Positions 41,620-52,101 of a stretch of DNA of 64,000 nucleotides are shown one piece after another (within the stretch, counting starts at the first letter, position 1; every line of letters starts with the position of its first letter). The position numbers were made by a program, and so were the translations under genes. The DNA is from an uncultured Gammaproteobacteria bacterium (GTDB lineage: Bacteria; Pseudomonadota; Gammaproteobacteria; DRLM01): contig CAVSNY010000005.1 of NCBI GenBank assembly GCA_963729605.1, positions 192,001-256,000 of the forward strand, read 5' to 3'. A model generated the notes under the pieces. It was not told where the DNA came from, ran no database searches, and was given only the letters and a program-made list of their open reading frames with translations.

Positions 41620-42069
41620 TCATCGCCCATATTTTGGCTGATAGATTGTCCATGAGGAAAACGCTGGGTTATACCTCCGATACACAGCTTCAGGAGCGTT
41701 CTCTGCGGTGATGACGAGATCTTTACCGACTAGAGAACAAAGCTCAGAAAAGAAGCCTAGGACGAGCTCATGAGTGGACAGGTCAGTCACTTGTCGGGGA
41801 TCAATATCAAGCTCGATTTCGTCGGTGGTGAAGAAGTGACAGTTGATGGATGCATTGCCAACGTTCACTGTCAACAAATGACTACCGTCTCGGTTCGCAA
41901 AGATGCTGTGCGGATGAGGAAGCTCTTTAGGAGCACCATCGAAGGTATACACATGCGGCCTGCGACTGGCAACCTCGATCAAGACGCACCAATCAGCTAT
42001 GTCTGTTTTATCGATGTATGCATCCCGAAGCGAGCCATCGCATTCCCACAGGTCTGGCGGTTCAATCAT
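41620..42069 (-). CDS. Hypothetical protein (cassette gene)
   Basis: WECDGSLRDAYI...NCHFF..EIELDIDPRQV; bounded by TTAGGC and GCCTAAC. Confidence 0.7.
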   Translation of the reverse strand: MIEPPDLWECDGSLRDAYIDKTDIADWCVLIEVASRRPHVYTFDGAPKELPHPHSIFANRDGSHLLTVNVGNASINCHFFTTDEIELDIDPRQVTDLSTHELVLGFFSELCSLVGKDLVITAENAPEAVYRRYNPAFSSWTIYQPKYGR

Positions 42070-42085
42070 TGGCTGCTCTCAAAGG

Positions 42086-42147
42086 GCCTAAAGTCTAGCT
42101 CAGGGGCGCGCCGCTTTTGACGCGTTCCTTGGAGCACTTGGTTGGGC
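42086..42147 (-). other. attC site with mutated R' (TTTAGGC)
   Basis: GCCCAACCAAGTGCTCCAAGGAACGCG...GCGCGCCCCTGAGCTAGAC-TTTAGGC. Confidence 0.7.
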
Positions 42148-42252
42148 AGCCTTAACTGGTCTTGGATCGTGACGGTTGATTTCCGCAGCGAAAGTGAAGA
42201 GATCATCACAAGCCATCCCCCAATCTCATTTCATTCCATCCGGGCTACTCGC

Positions 42253-42978
42253 TCAACCATTATGAATATAGTGCAGTCTGCGTGTTAAATTCCGCATTGC
42301 CTCGAACCACTTGTCCCCGACCATGCGCGCCATCAATGCACGGTATTTGCAGATTTTTAGGTTGTTGGCTTTGGTGATGTATGCGTCTATGGCGCGAGTA
42401 GTATTATTCCACGCGGCGAGGGTATCGACATCGATGTTCGGCGCCCGTTTCAAACCAATAAAGCACAAATCGAAGGAAGCCCAGTTCACCCAGAGCCGGT
42501 AATGAGCAAAGGCTTTTTCCAGATCGCATTCACCGGCGAAGTCGCGGCCGGTCAGATTGCGGTAGTAATCCCATCCTTGTTCGACGGTCAGTGGTGAGTT
42601 AGTCGGTGTTGACCTTGTCGTCCCGTGTTCCGGACGACCTGTGGTGGCGCACGTCATGGTGACTAGCCCCCCGGGCCTGCACACGCGTGTCATGTTATTG
42701 AAAGTTTCCTTCCAGAATGGATTATGTTCCATTACTTCACACGAGATGACCTGGTCAAACGAGTTATCAGGCGCATCATAACGTTGTCCCTCGCAAACAA
42801 CGTCAACACCTCGGCCGGGCGCAATATCTATTCCCAGATATTGGCAGTTGGTGAAAAAGTCTCGCACACTACCGTTGATATTTAGTGAGCCTATTTCCAA
42901 AACTTTAACGTCACGGAAGAAACTTGGAAGGCCGACTGCAACCAATCCGACGTAATCACGCTGACTAAGATGTGACAT
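42253..42978 (-). CDS. Class I SAM-dependent methyltransferase
   Basis: VLEIGS, YLGIDI..GRGVD, FDQVISCEVMEH, RPGGL. Confidence 0.85.
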   Translation of the reverse strand: MSHLSQRDYVGLVAVGLPSFFRDVKVLEIGSLNINGSVRDFFTNCQYLGIDIAPGRGVDVVCEGQRYDAPDNSFDQVISCEVMEHNPFWKETFNNMTRVCRPGGLVTMTCATTGRPEHGTTRSTPTNSPLTVEQGWDYYRNLTGRDFAGECDLEKAFAHYRLWVNWASFDLCFIGLKRAPNIDVDTLAAWNNTTRAIDAYITKANNLKICKYRALMARMVGDKWFEAMRNLTRRLHYIHNG

Positions 42979-43089
42979 TGTGTGGCCCTGGAAAGGGTTG
43001 CCTAATTATTCGATGTGTGTGTGTGTGTGGAGCTCGGCCGGTTGGAGCGATTTCTCGAAGCCCAAGCTCTCACCGCCCGCCATAAACAC

Positions 43090-44172
43090 TCACCCCGCCA
43101 TATTCTCCAACAACGCCTTCTTCACCGCGTCGAGCGTGGCCTCGACGTTGATCATCTTGGCCTGATTTTGTTTGATGGCGATGTCCGGGTCTTTTAAACC
43201 GTGGCCGGTGAGGGTGCAGACGATTTTGCTGCCGGCGGGTATCTTGCCGTTGTTGATGTCGCGCAGCGCACCGGCCAGCGACGCGGCGGATGCCGGTTCG
43301 CAGAAGATGCCTTCTTTACGCGCCAGCAGGCCCTGCGCGGCGAGGATTTCCGCGTCGCTGCATTCGTCGAACCAGCCGCCGGATTCTTTTTGGGTGACCC
43401 AGGCCTTGTCCCAGCTTTGCGGATGACCGATGCGGATCGCGGTCGCGACCGTCTCGGGATTATCCACCGGGCCGCCGCGCATGAAGGGCGCGGAACCGGC
43501 GGCTTGATAGCCGATCATCTTCGGCAGGCTGTTGACGATGCCGTGGTCTTTGTATTCCTTGTAGCCCATCCAATGCGCGCTGATGTTGCCGGCATTGCCG
43601 ACCGGCAGGCAGTGATAATCCGGCGCGCATTCCAGTTCTTCGATGATCTCGAAGGCGGCGGTCTTCTGCCCTTGCAGACGAAATGGATTGATCGAGTTGA
43701 CGATGGTCACCGGCACCTCTTTGCCGACTTGTTTCACCAGTTCCATACCGTCGTCGAAGTTGCCTTTGATCTGGATCACGCAGGCGCCGTGCATCAGCGC
43801 CTGGGCGAGTTTGCCCATGGCGATCTTGCCGTCGGGGATCAGCACGAAGGCGGCGATGCCGGCGCGCGAGGCATACGCGGCGGCGGACGCCGAGGTGTTG
43901 CCGGTGGAGGCGCAGATGATGGCGCGGCTGCCCTCTTCCACCGCCTTGGTCACCGCCATGGTCATGCCGCGGTCCTTGAACGAACCGGTGGGATTGAGGC
44001 CTTCGTATTTGACGTAGATGTCCACGTCCTTGCCCACGTCGCGGGGGATGTTGTTCAAGCGGATCAGCGGCGTGTTGCCTTCGCCGAGACTGATGATGCG
44101 GGTGTCGTCGTGCACCGGCAGGCGGTCACGGTATTTGTCGATCAAACCGGTGTAGCGGGAACGGAACGGCAT
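43090..44172 (-). CDS. thrC: Threonine synthase
   Basis: LGEGNTPL, NPTGSFKDRG, ASTGNTS, PVGNAGN, EPASAA. Confidence 0.96.
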   Translation of the reverse strand: MPFRSRYTGLIDKYRDRLPVHDDTRIISLGEGNTPLIRLNNIPRDVGKDVDIYVKYEGLNPTGSFKDRGMTMAVTKAVEEGSRAIICASTGNTSASAAAYASRAGIAAFVLIPDGKIAMGKLAQALMHGACVIQIKGNFDDGMELVKQVGKEVPVTIVNSINPFRLQGQKTAAFEIIEELECAPDYHCLPVGNAGNISAHWMGYKEYKDHGIVNSLPKMIGYQAAGSAPFMRGGPVDNPETVATAIRIGHPQSWDKAWVTQKESGGWFDECSDAEILAAQGLLARKEGIFCEPASAASLAGALRDINNGKIPAGSKIVCTLTGHGLKDPDIAIKQNQAKMINVEATLDAVKKALLENMAG

Positions 44173-44397
44173 GGACAACTCCTTAAGAACGTTTAACCAT
44201 GAAGGACACACAGAAGTTCAATTGAACTACACTGAATGCCCTCGCAGTAATTTTTAATTTAAAGGCCAACGATATTTCAATTAATTCGGGCCCTGCTCTT
44301 GGTGAATCTGCATCGCGGCGCAGTGCACACTATCTCAAGCGCTCATCACGAACCTGGCTACCGATGGCCGTATCGACCAAGCCCTGTGCCGCGACGC

Positions 44398-44753
44398 AAC
44401 CACCCCGGCGCTACGCGCCACCCCTCCTTGAAAAGGAGGGGAGCTGATTCTTTCCCTTCCCATCGAGGTTTAACTTCACTGCCTTACTTAACTTCACTGC
44501 CTTCTTAACTTGACTGCCTTCTTAACTTGACTGCCTTCCTTAAGGATGAGCTTCACAGGTGATGACCAGCGTTTGCATGTGCAGCCCGGCGTTTAACTTC
44601 ACTGCCTTCCGCAAGGATGAGTTTCACCCCTTCCCACGGAGGGTAAGCTTCACTCTCTTCCGTGAGCAGCCTCACTCCTTCCCGCTCATTGAGGAGAGAA
44701 CGCATTTCTCCCCTCCTCTTTCGAGGAGGGGTGCCCCATAGGGGCGGGGTGGT
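44398..44753. repeat. Inverted pair of CCCCTCC/GGAGGGG repeats enclosing a 17-bp tandem repeat
   Basis: Left arm ~44398-44442, right arm ~44707-44753; TTAACTT(C/G)ACTGCCTTC four times at 44470-44538 and again at 44593. Confidence 0.8.
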
Positions 44754-44809
44754 GAGAACCAGGCGTGACACATGAACCCGCTGCGCATCCTCCGTCTCCT
44801 CCCCCGTGC

Positions 44810-46127
44810 TTAATTCTTATTCAAATACTCCACGCGAATCCGCGTCACCGCGCCGTTGATGGAGCCCAGGGCTTCGATGCGTTGAATCGCTTCGTTCATC
44901 TGCCGCTCGCGCATGCGATGGGTGAGCATGATCACCGGCACGTGTTGCGCTTCGGGCGCCTGTTCTTTTTGGATGATGGCCTCGATGCTGATGCCGGCAT
45001 CGGCGAGGATACGGGTGACATCGGCCAACACGCCGGGACGGTCTTCCGCCTCCATGCGCAGATAATACGCGGTCTCCACTTCGCTCATGGGCAGGATGGG
45101 AATGTCCACCAGCGCGTCGGGTTGAAAGGCGAGATGAGGCACGCGGTTTTCCGGATCGGCGGTGAACGCGCGCACCACGTCCACCAGATCGGCCACCACC
45201 GCCGAGGCGGTCGGTTCGGCGCCGGCGCCGGCGCCGTAATACAAAGTCGGTCCCACCGCGTCGCCCTTCACCAGCACCGCGTTCATCACGCCATCGACGT
45301 TGGCGATCAGACGGCGATAGGGAATCAAAGTGGGATGCACGCGCAGCTCCACGCCCTTGTTCGGTACGACGCGCGATGCCGAGGTGTTTGATGCGATAGC
45401 CCAACTCTTCCGCATAGTTCACGTCTTCGGCGGTGATCTTGCTGATGCCTTCGGTATATATGCGGTCGAATTGCAGCGGAATGCCGAAGGCGATGGAGGC
45501 GAGGATGGTGAGTTTGTGCGCGGCGTCGATGCCTTCCACGTCGAAGGTGGGATCGGCCTCGGCGTATCCCAACTGCTGGGCTTCGGCCAGCACGTCGGCG
45601 AAGTCGCGGCCCTTGTCGCGCATTTCGCTGAGGATGAAATTGCCGGTGCCGTTGATGATGCCCGCCAGCCACTCGATGCGGTTGCCGGCGAGCCCTTCGC
45701 GTATCGCTTTGATGACGGGAATGCCGCCGGCCACCGCCGCCTCGAAGGCCACCATCACGCCCTGTTCCTGGGCCTGGGCGAACAGTTCGTTGCCGTGTTT
45801 GGCGATCAGCGCCTTGTTGGCGGTGACCACGTGTTTGCCGTTGGCGATGGCCTTGCTCACCAGTTCGCGCGCGGCGAGCGTGCCGCCGATCAATTCGACC
45901 ACCACGTCCACGTCGGGATTGTTCACCACCGCGAAGGGGTCGTCGGTGAGTTGAATGCCGGCCATGTCGCAATTACGCACGCGCCGCAAATCACGGGCGG
46001 CGGCGTGGGTGACGACGATGCCGCGGCCCGCGCGGCGCTCGATTTCCTTGGCGTTGCGTTTGAGCACGCTCACCGTGCCGCCGCCCACCGTGCCGATACC
46101 CAGCAGCCCTACCTTTACCGGATTCAA
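44810..46127 (-). CDS. hom: Homoserine dehydrogenase (frameshift near 45360)
   Basis: [34 protein letters not shown]; the C-terminal half with the ACT domain is in another frame. TTG start with AGGAG RBS. Confidence 0.93.
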
Positions 46128-46192
46128 TATTCTTCTCCTTGGATCATCCAGCGTCATACGATCAATCAACGCGCGGAAATTACAGATATCAA

Positions 46193-47405
46193 TTAAGCGC
46201 CGACCTGCGCCGCGCCGGGCTGGCCTTGGTCGCGGCGGAACATGTCGCGGATGCCGCGGATCGCCTGGCGGGTGCGGTGTTCGTTTTCGATGAGGGCGAA
46301 ACGCACGTGAGTCATCGCCCTGTTCGCCGAAACCGACGCCGGGCGATACCGCGACCTTGGCCTCTTGCAGCAACCGCTTGGAGAACTCCAGCGAACCGAG
46401 ATGACGATAGGGCTCGGGTATCTCGGCCCAAACGAACATCGCGCCTTTGGGCGGGGTCACCTGCCAGCCGATGGAATTGAGCCCTTTGCACAACACGTCG
46501 CGGCGGCGGCGATAGAGTTCGCGGATTTCATCGACGCAATCCTGCGGCCCTTCGAGCGCGGTGATGGCGGCGATCTGGATCGGCGTGAACATGCCGTAGT
46601 CGAGATAGGATTTCATGCGCGCCAGCGCCGCCACCAGTTTATGGTTGCCGCACATGAAGCCGATGCGCCAGCCCGGCATGTTGTAGCTCTTCGACAGCGT
46701 GAAGAATTCCACGGCGACGTCCTTGGCGCCCGGCACTTGCAGAATCGACGGCGCGACATAACCGTCGAAGACGATATCGGCGTAGGCGATGTCGTGCACC
46801 ACCCAGATTTCATGCTCGCGGGCGATCGCCACCACCTTCTCGAGGAAATCCAGCTCCACGCATTGGGTGGTGGGATTGCCGGGGAAATTCAGCACCAGCA
46901 TCTTGGGTTTGGGCCAGCAGGCCTTGATGGCCTTTTCCAGTTCATCGCAGAAATCCACGCCGGGAACCAGCGGCACGTGGCGAATATCGGCGCCGGCGAT
47001 GACGAAACCGTAAGGGTGGATCGGATAAGAGGGATTGGGCACCAGCGCCACGTCGCCCGGCCCCATGGTGGCCAGCGCCAAATGGGCGAGTCCTTCCTTG
47101 GAACCGATGGTGACGATGGCCTCGCTGTCCATGTTCAAATCGACGTCGAAGCGTTTCTTGTACCAGTTGCAGATCGCGCGACGCAGGCGCGGTATGCCCT
47201 TCGAGACGGAATAGCGGTGGGTGTCGCCGCGCTGGGCGGCCTCGACCATCTTATCGACAATATGTTGGGGCGTGGGCTGGTCGGGGTTGCCCATGCCGAA
47301 ATCGATGATGTCCTCTCCCCGCGCGCGCGCCTTGGCCTTCAGCTCGCCGACAATATTGAACACATAAGGGGGGAGCCGCTTGATTCTGGAAAATTCGTCG
47401 TTCAA
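46193..47405 (-). CDS. alaC: Alanine transaminase, PLP class I/II (frameshift near 46311)
   Basis: [30 protein letters not shown]; native end [16 protein letters not shown] in a shifted frame. Confidence 0.88.
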
Positions 47406-47599
47406 GGTAGTTAGTCCGGAAAACTGAAACCGGGAAAAATCACGGCGGAACCAGCACAAAACGCGCCCCGTAGGCGCACCAAAGCGCTACACATTACCCG
47501 CCCGCCCCAAACCCTGTCAATCGCGCGGGCTTGCGCGCCGTCCCGACACCGGTTAAAAAGGGCGGGCAGCCCTTTTCCGGACTCAAGACGGACTTTTTC

Positions 47600-48043
47600 A
47601 TGCAATTCAACCTGGACCTGAACCACCATTCTTATACGATCCGCGCCTATGGACCGGGCAGCGTCACGGTCACCATCCCGCCGGACAGCGACGACCCCGC
47701 TCCCGCGGCGGTGGACGCCATCGGTCCGGCCGCCCAGCGCATTCGCCAGGAGGTCGTCACCCAAAGTCTGATCATCACCCCGCAGCGGCTCATCCGCGAC
47801 TGGCCGCCGCAACGCTTGCAAGAGCTGGCGGAAGACCATACCCGGGCTTTGACGGAATTGGGGGTGGAGGTCGTGCTGCTGGGTTGCGGCGCCCGGCTGC
47901 AGTGGCCGGACTCGCGGGTGCTGGCCCCGCTGATGCAGGCGCGGATCGGCTACGAGCTGATGGATACCGCCGCCGCGTGCCGAACCTACAACATTTTGAT
48001 GTCGGACGGCCGCCGGGTGGCGGCGGCCTTGATGATGATTTAA
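47600..48043 (+). CDS. Mth938-like domain protein
   Basis: EVVLLGCG, MDTAAACRTYNIL..GRRVAAAL. Confidence 0.88.
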   Translation: MQFNLDLNHHSYTIRAYGPGSVTVTIPPDSDDPAPAAVDAIGPAAQRIRQEVVTQSLIITPQRLIRDWPPQRLQELAEDHTRALTELGVEVVLLGCGARLQWPDSRVLAPLMQARIGYELMDTAAACRTYNILMSDGRRVAAALMMI

Positions 48044-48062
48044 CCGCCGGTCGGAATGAGTA

Positions 48063-48090
48063 GACACAAGGCGGGGCACCGCCTTGTGTC
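48063..48090. terminator. Hairpin between convergent genes
   Basis: 12-bp perfect stem GACACAAGGCGG/CCGCCTTGTGTC. Confidence 0.55.
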
Positions 48091-48105
48091 CACCGGCAAG
48101 TCAGC

Positions 48106-49074
48106 TCAACCGAAGAAGGTGTCCGACGAGGCGCCGGAACGCTCCATCATTTCCCGCAAACGGCGCAAGGCCTCGACCTGAATCTGCCGTACCCGCTCCC
48201 GGGTGACGCCGATGCGATTGCCCACCTCTTCCAAGGTGGCGGCCTCCTGGCCATGCAAACCGAAACGCCACTCCACCACCTCGCGTTGTTTATCGTTGAG
48301 GGCGTTGAGCCAGGTCTCGATACACTCGTTGGCTTCCGCGTCCTCCAAGGCCTCGCTGGGATCGGTCCAGGATTCATCGGGCAGGGTATCCAACAAGGTG
48401 CGATCCTGCGCACCGGCGGCGTCGATGGACACCTCCCGCTCATTCAGGCTGAGCATGTGTTCCACTTCGCTGGTGGTCCGGTTCATCACCAAAGCCACGT
48501 CTTCCGCGCTGGGGTCGTGATCCAAGCCTTGCGCCAAACGCCGCGAGGCGCGCAAATAGGCGTTGATCTGTTTGATGATGTGGATGGGCAGGCGAACGGT
48601 GCGGGTTTGATTCATCAAGGCCCGCTCGATGGTTTGGCGTATCCACCAGGTGGCATAGGTCGAGAAGCGGAAACCCCGTTCGGGATCGAACTTCTCCACC
48701 GCGCGGATCAAACCGAGATTGCCTTCTTCAATGAGATCCAGGAGAGCCAAACCACGGTTGACATAGTGGCGGGCAATTTTGACCACCAGCCGGAGATTAC
48801 TTTCGATCATGCGCTGCCGAGCGCTGATATCGCCACGTTGGGCCAGGCGTGAAAAGTAAACTTCTTCTTCGGCACTTAAGAGGGGAGCAAAACCGATTTC
48901 ACTAAGGTAGATGCGCGTGGGATCCAGCACGGTACGATCAGGCTTGACGACCTCGGGCACATCCTCCGGTGGGGATGCGGCCGTCTCCAGCCCTTCCGTC
49001 TCTCCCCACCACTCCTCGTAAAGATGGGGTCCACGTCGCCCTTCCATTGGCATCGGCTCTTCGTACTCGTCCAC
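48106..49074 (-). CDS. rpoS: RNA polymerase sigma factor RpoS
   Basis: [47 protein letters not shown]; downstream of nlpD. Confidence 0.93.
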   Translation of the reverse strand: MDEYEEPMPMEGRRGPHLYEEWWGETEGLETAASPPEDVPEVVKPDRTVLDPTRIYLSEIGFAPLLSAEEEVYFSRLAQRGDISARQRMIESNLRLVVKIARHYVNRGLALLDLIEEGNLGLIRAVEKFDPERGFRFSTYATWWIRQTIERALMNQTRTVRLPIHIIKQINAYLRASRRLAQGLDHDPSAEDVALVMNRTTSEVEHMLSLNEREVSIDAAGAQDRTLLDTLPDESWTDPSEALEDAEANECIETWLNALNDKQREVVEWRFGLHGQEAATLEEVGNRIGVTRERVRQIQVEALRRLREMMERSGASSDTFFG

Positions 49075-49209
49075 CGGGGACCTCCTTCCAGAGCTTTGGC
49101 GCGGAATACAAGACTGCCCCTCTTAAAAGAAACTTGCAAGGGGTAAATTGAAAAAATTTCGTGTCTTTAAATTAACATCTTAAATTTTGATATTTTTGAT
49201 AGACATCAT

Positions 49210-49968
49210 TTAACGCAAGGCCGGCAAGTAACGCAGGGGATCAACCGGCCTTCCATCCTGGCGGATTTGGAAGTGCAGCACGGTATCACCGTCAGTCTTC
49301 TGACCCATGTCGGCGATGTGTTGTCCAGCCGTCACCTCGGCACCTTCCCGCACGCGCAACTGACGATTGTGGGCATAGGCGCTTAAAAAAACATCATTAT
49401 GTTTAATAATAATTAAATTGCCGTAATGCAGCATTCCGCCGCCGGCGTACACCACCCGGCCGGGTGCCGCGGCGCGCACCGCCTGGCCGGCCCTGCCGGC
49501 GATATCGATGCCCTTGGTGCTACCGGAAAAACCCTGAGCTAGTCTGCCTTCGGTAGGCCATCGCCATTGAATCGGCAGATTGGGATTGGGCAGGGATTTA
49601 GAGGGGACGGGCGGCGGCAACGGCGCTGGCGGCGGCCGCGTCGCCAACGGCGGCGGCGGAGGCGGCACCGCGCGTACCGGCTCACGCGACGCCACCGCCG
49701 CCGTTCCCACCGGCGGCGCCACTATCAATACTTGGCCTTCGTAAATCGTGTAAGGCGGTTTGAGTTGATTCCATTCGGCGACTTGGCGGTAATCCCAGCC
49801 GTAACTAAAACTGATGGAGTACAAGGTCTCGCCGACTTGCACGCGGTGAGAACCCAGACTGCCGCAACCGTTCAACGCAAGCACCAACCACACCAAGAAC
49901 ACGCCGCGCGTGCCATAACTCGCCCACCGCGGCTCATCGCGAGCAAGGCTGCTCGCCGCGGTGTTCAC
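49210..49968 (-). CDS. nlpD: LysM + M23 lipoprotein NlpD
   Basis: LNG-C lipobox, GETLYSI LysM, KGIDIAG, SAYAHN, LHFQIR. Confidence 0.88.
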   Translation of the reverse strand: MNTAASSLARDEPRWASYGTRGVFLVWLVLALNGCGSLGSHRVQVGETLYSISFSYGWDYRQVAEWNQLKPPYTIYEGQVLIVAPPVGTAAVASREPVRAVPPPPPPLATRPPPAPLPPPVPSKSLPNPNLPIQWRWPTEGRLAQGFSGSTKGIDIAGRAGQAVRAAAPGRVVYAGGGMLHYGNLIIIKHNDVFLSAYAHNRQLRVREGAEVTAGQHIADMGQKTDGDTVLHFQIRQDGRPVDPLRYLPALR

Positions 49969-50095
49969 AACGGAATGGCTCCCGGATATCTATAAAGCGG
50001 CAACAAACCCAACATCGTCGTTAATTCCGCGGGGCGAGAGGACGCGCCAACTCATACCGGACCCGATGAGGTAACGCGGATAGCCGGTGCATCGT

Positions 50096-50758
50096 TTATT
50101 GCATCCCCGCCCGCATCGGCACGAAGCTGACTTTATCCAACAACTCGTCACTGTAACCGGACTCGGTGCGGGTGATGAGCAACAAACTTTGCGCGCCGCT
50201 GCCGCCCACCGGAATCACCAGCCGGCCGCCGACGGCCAATTGCTCCAGCAGCGCGATCGGCACGCCCTCCGGCGCGGCGGTGGCGACGATGGCGTCATAC
50301 GGCGCGTGGTCGGGCCAGCCCAAGGTGCCATCACTGTATTTGATGCGGATATTGCGCAGGCGCAAATCTTGAAAGCGCCGCCGCGCCGTGGTGATGAGCG
50401 CTTCGATGCGCTCCACCGTAAACACTTCTTTCACCAACTGCGCCAGCACCGCCGCCTGATAACCCGAGCCGGTGCCGATCTCGAGCACCCGTTGCGGCAC
50501 ACCGTCGCGCAACAGCGCCTGGGTCATCAAGGCCACCACGAAGGGTTGCGAAATAGTCTGGCCATGACCGATGGGCAGCGCGGTGTCGTCGTAGGCGCGG
50601 CTGGCCAGCGCTTCGTCAACGAAGATATGGCGAGGCGTGTTGCGGATCACTTCCAACACCGACTTATTGGTGATGCCCCCTTCTTGTAAACGTCCTATCA
50701 AGCGGTCGCGGGTGCGTTGCGAAGTCATCCCGATACCGCGATGCTGTTTATTATTCAT
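50096..50758 (-). CDS. pcm: Protein-L-isoaspartate O-methyltransferase
   Basis: [24 protein letters not shown]. Confidence 0.96.
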   Translation of the reverse strand: MNNKQHRGIGMTSQRTRDRLIGRLQEGGITNKSVLEVIRNTPRHIFVDEALASRAYDDTALPIGHGQTISQPFVVALMTQALLRDGVPQRVLEIGTGSGYQAAVLAQLVKEVFTVERIEALITTARRRFQDLRLRNIRIKYSDGTLGWPDHAPYDAIVATAAPEGVPIALLEQLAVGGRLVIPVGGSGAQSLLLITRTESGYSDELLDKVSFVPMRAGMQ

Positions 50759-51510
50759 TCATCCCCCATTCCCTTAACCCAACCCGCCACCGAATCCAAG
50801 GCGCTGTAGCGGGTCAAATCCACTTGCAGCGGCGTGATCGACACCCGCCGCTGACGGATGGCGAAGAAGTCGGTCCCCTCACCGGCGTCTTCCTCCGGCC
50901 CGGCCGGGCCCACCCAATAAATCGCGCGCCCGCGCGGGTCGCGGGATTTGATCACCGGCTCCGCCTTGCGGCGGTGACCGAGGCGGGTGGCCTCGAAACC
51001 GGCGAGTTGCTCCCAGGGCACATCGGGCACGTTGATGTTCAAAATGGTGTCGGCGGGCAAGGGGTGATGCCGCAAACGCAGCACCAGGCGTTTGGCCACC
51101 TCGCCCGCGGTGTGATAGTGCTGCGGCTCCTCGCCCACCAGCGACACCGCGATGGCGGGCAGGCCGAGGAAACGCCCCTCCATCGCCGCCGCCACCGTGC
51201 CCGAATACAGGACATCGTCGCCGAGATTGGCGCCGGCGTTGATGCCGGACACCACCATGTCGGGCTCCTCGTCCAGCAGGCCGGTGATGGCCAGGTGCAC
51301 GCAGTCGGTGGGCGTACCGTCCACGTAGGTAAAGCCGTTGTCGCCCAAGGCGGCGCGCACCGGGCGATCGAGGGTCAGCGAATTACTCGCGCCGCTGCGG
51401 TTGCGGTCCGGCGCCACCACGGTGACATCACCCAACTGGGCCAGGGCCGCCGCGAGCACCGCCAAACCCGGCGCGCGGTAACCGTCGTCGTTACTCACCA
51501 GAATTTTCAT
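50755..51510 (-). CDS. surE: 5'/3'-nucleotidase SurE
   Basis: [31 protein letters not shown]. Confidence 0.97.
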   Translation of the reverse strand: MKILVSNDDGYRAPGLAVLAAALAQLGDVTVVAPDRNRSGASNSLTLDRPVRAALGDNGFTYVDGTPTDCVHLAITGLLDEEPDMVVSGINAGANLGDDVLYSGTVAAAMEGRFLGLPAIAVSLVGEEPQHYHTAGEVAKRLVLRLRHHPLPADTILNINVPDVPWEQLAGFEATRLGHRRKAEPVIKSRDPRGRAIYWVGPAGPEEDAGEGTDFFAIRQRRVSITPLQVDLTRYSALDSVAGWVKGMGDE

Positions 51511-52101
51511 GCCATATACATCCCGGCCGCAAACGGCCCGTCATCCGCGGAGCAAATCGCCACAATATACTGGAAACCCATTATTTATCACACCGCGGGC
51601 ATGCGCGATAACCCGCGGCCGACCGCCGGGCGGCACGCCCTCCAGCCTGCCATTACTTGACCGTTCCCGGCGATTACGCTATGCAGTTGCAAGACGCGCG
51701 CTGGCGCCGGTCAAGGGCGGGAAGCATGGGCCAAGAAATTCATCTTCAACCTTTTGATAGCGTCCGCGTGAAAATACGGTTTCGCATGCCAGACATCCTC
51801 GCGCGGACACGCGACAAAACGCCGGATCTCACCGAAACGGCGCGCGCCGGTCGCCGTGCCCGCCCGGCGAGAACCAACGACGGCCGAATACTTTCAACGG
51901 CGCGGCGCACGCCGGCCGCTATCGGCGACTTATCCGTTTCGGCGAATGCCCGCCGGGTGGTCTTGGCCCGCGCAAACGTGTACAAATACCGAAGTGCCCG
52001 CGTGGCGCGGCACGGAACACAGCGAGGGATGACCGGACTCGGCCCGTCCTCGATACCAAAACGGAAAATGACCCTTCACTGTAGTTCATAGGGATTAGGA
52101 A

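Noticed and set aside
42995-43062. attC upstream of the methyltransferase gene
   Set aside because: Only weak fragments (GCTCCAACCGG..GAGCT, ATTAGGC) interrupted by a (GT)n run; not supportable.
44470-44610. Possible CRISPR array
   Set aside because: The 17-bp units are directly adjacent with no unique spacers, and no cas genes are present.
44817-47459. 880-aa ORF suggesting an AlaC-homoserine dehydrogenase fusion
   Set aside because: It is produced by a one-base shift near 46311. The native alaC end and stop (46193) and a separate hom RBS and start (46127) are present.
51510-52101. ORFs or a riboswitch in long intergenic gaps (also 56740-57315 and 57613-57927)
   Set aside because: ORFs are Arg/Pro-rich without motifs, and I recognised no riboswitch consensus by eye.
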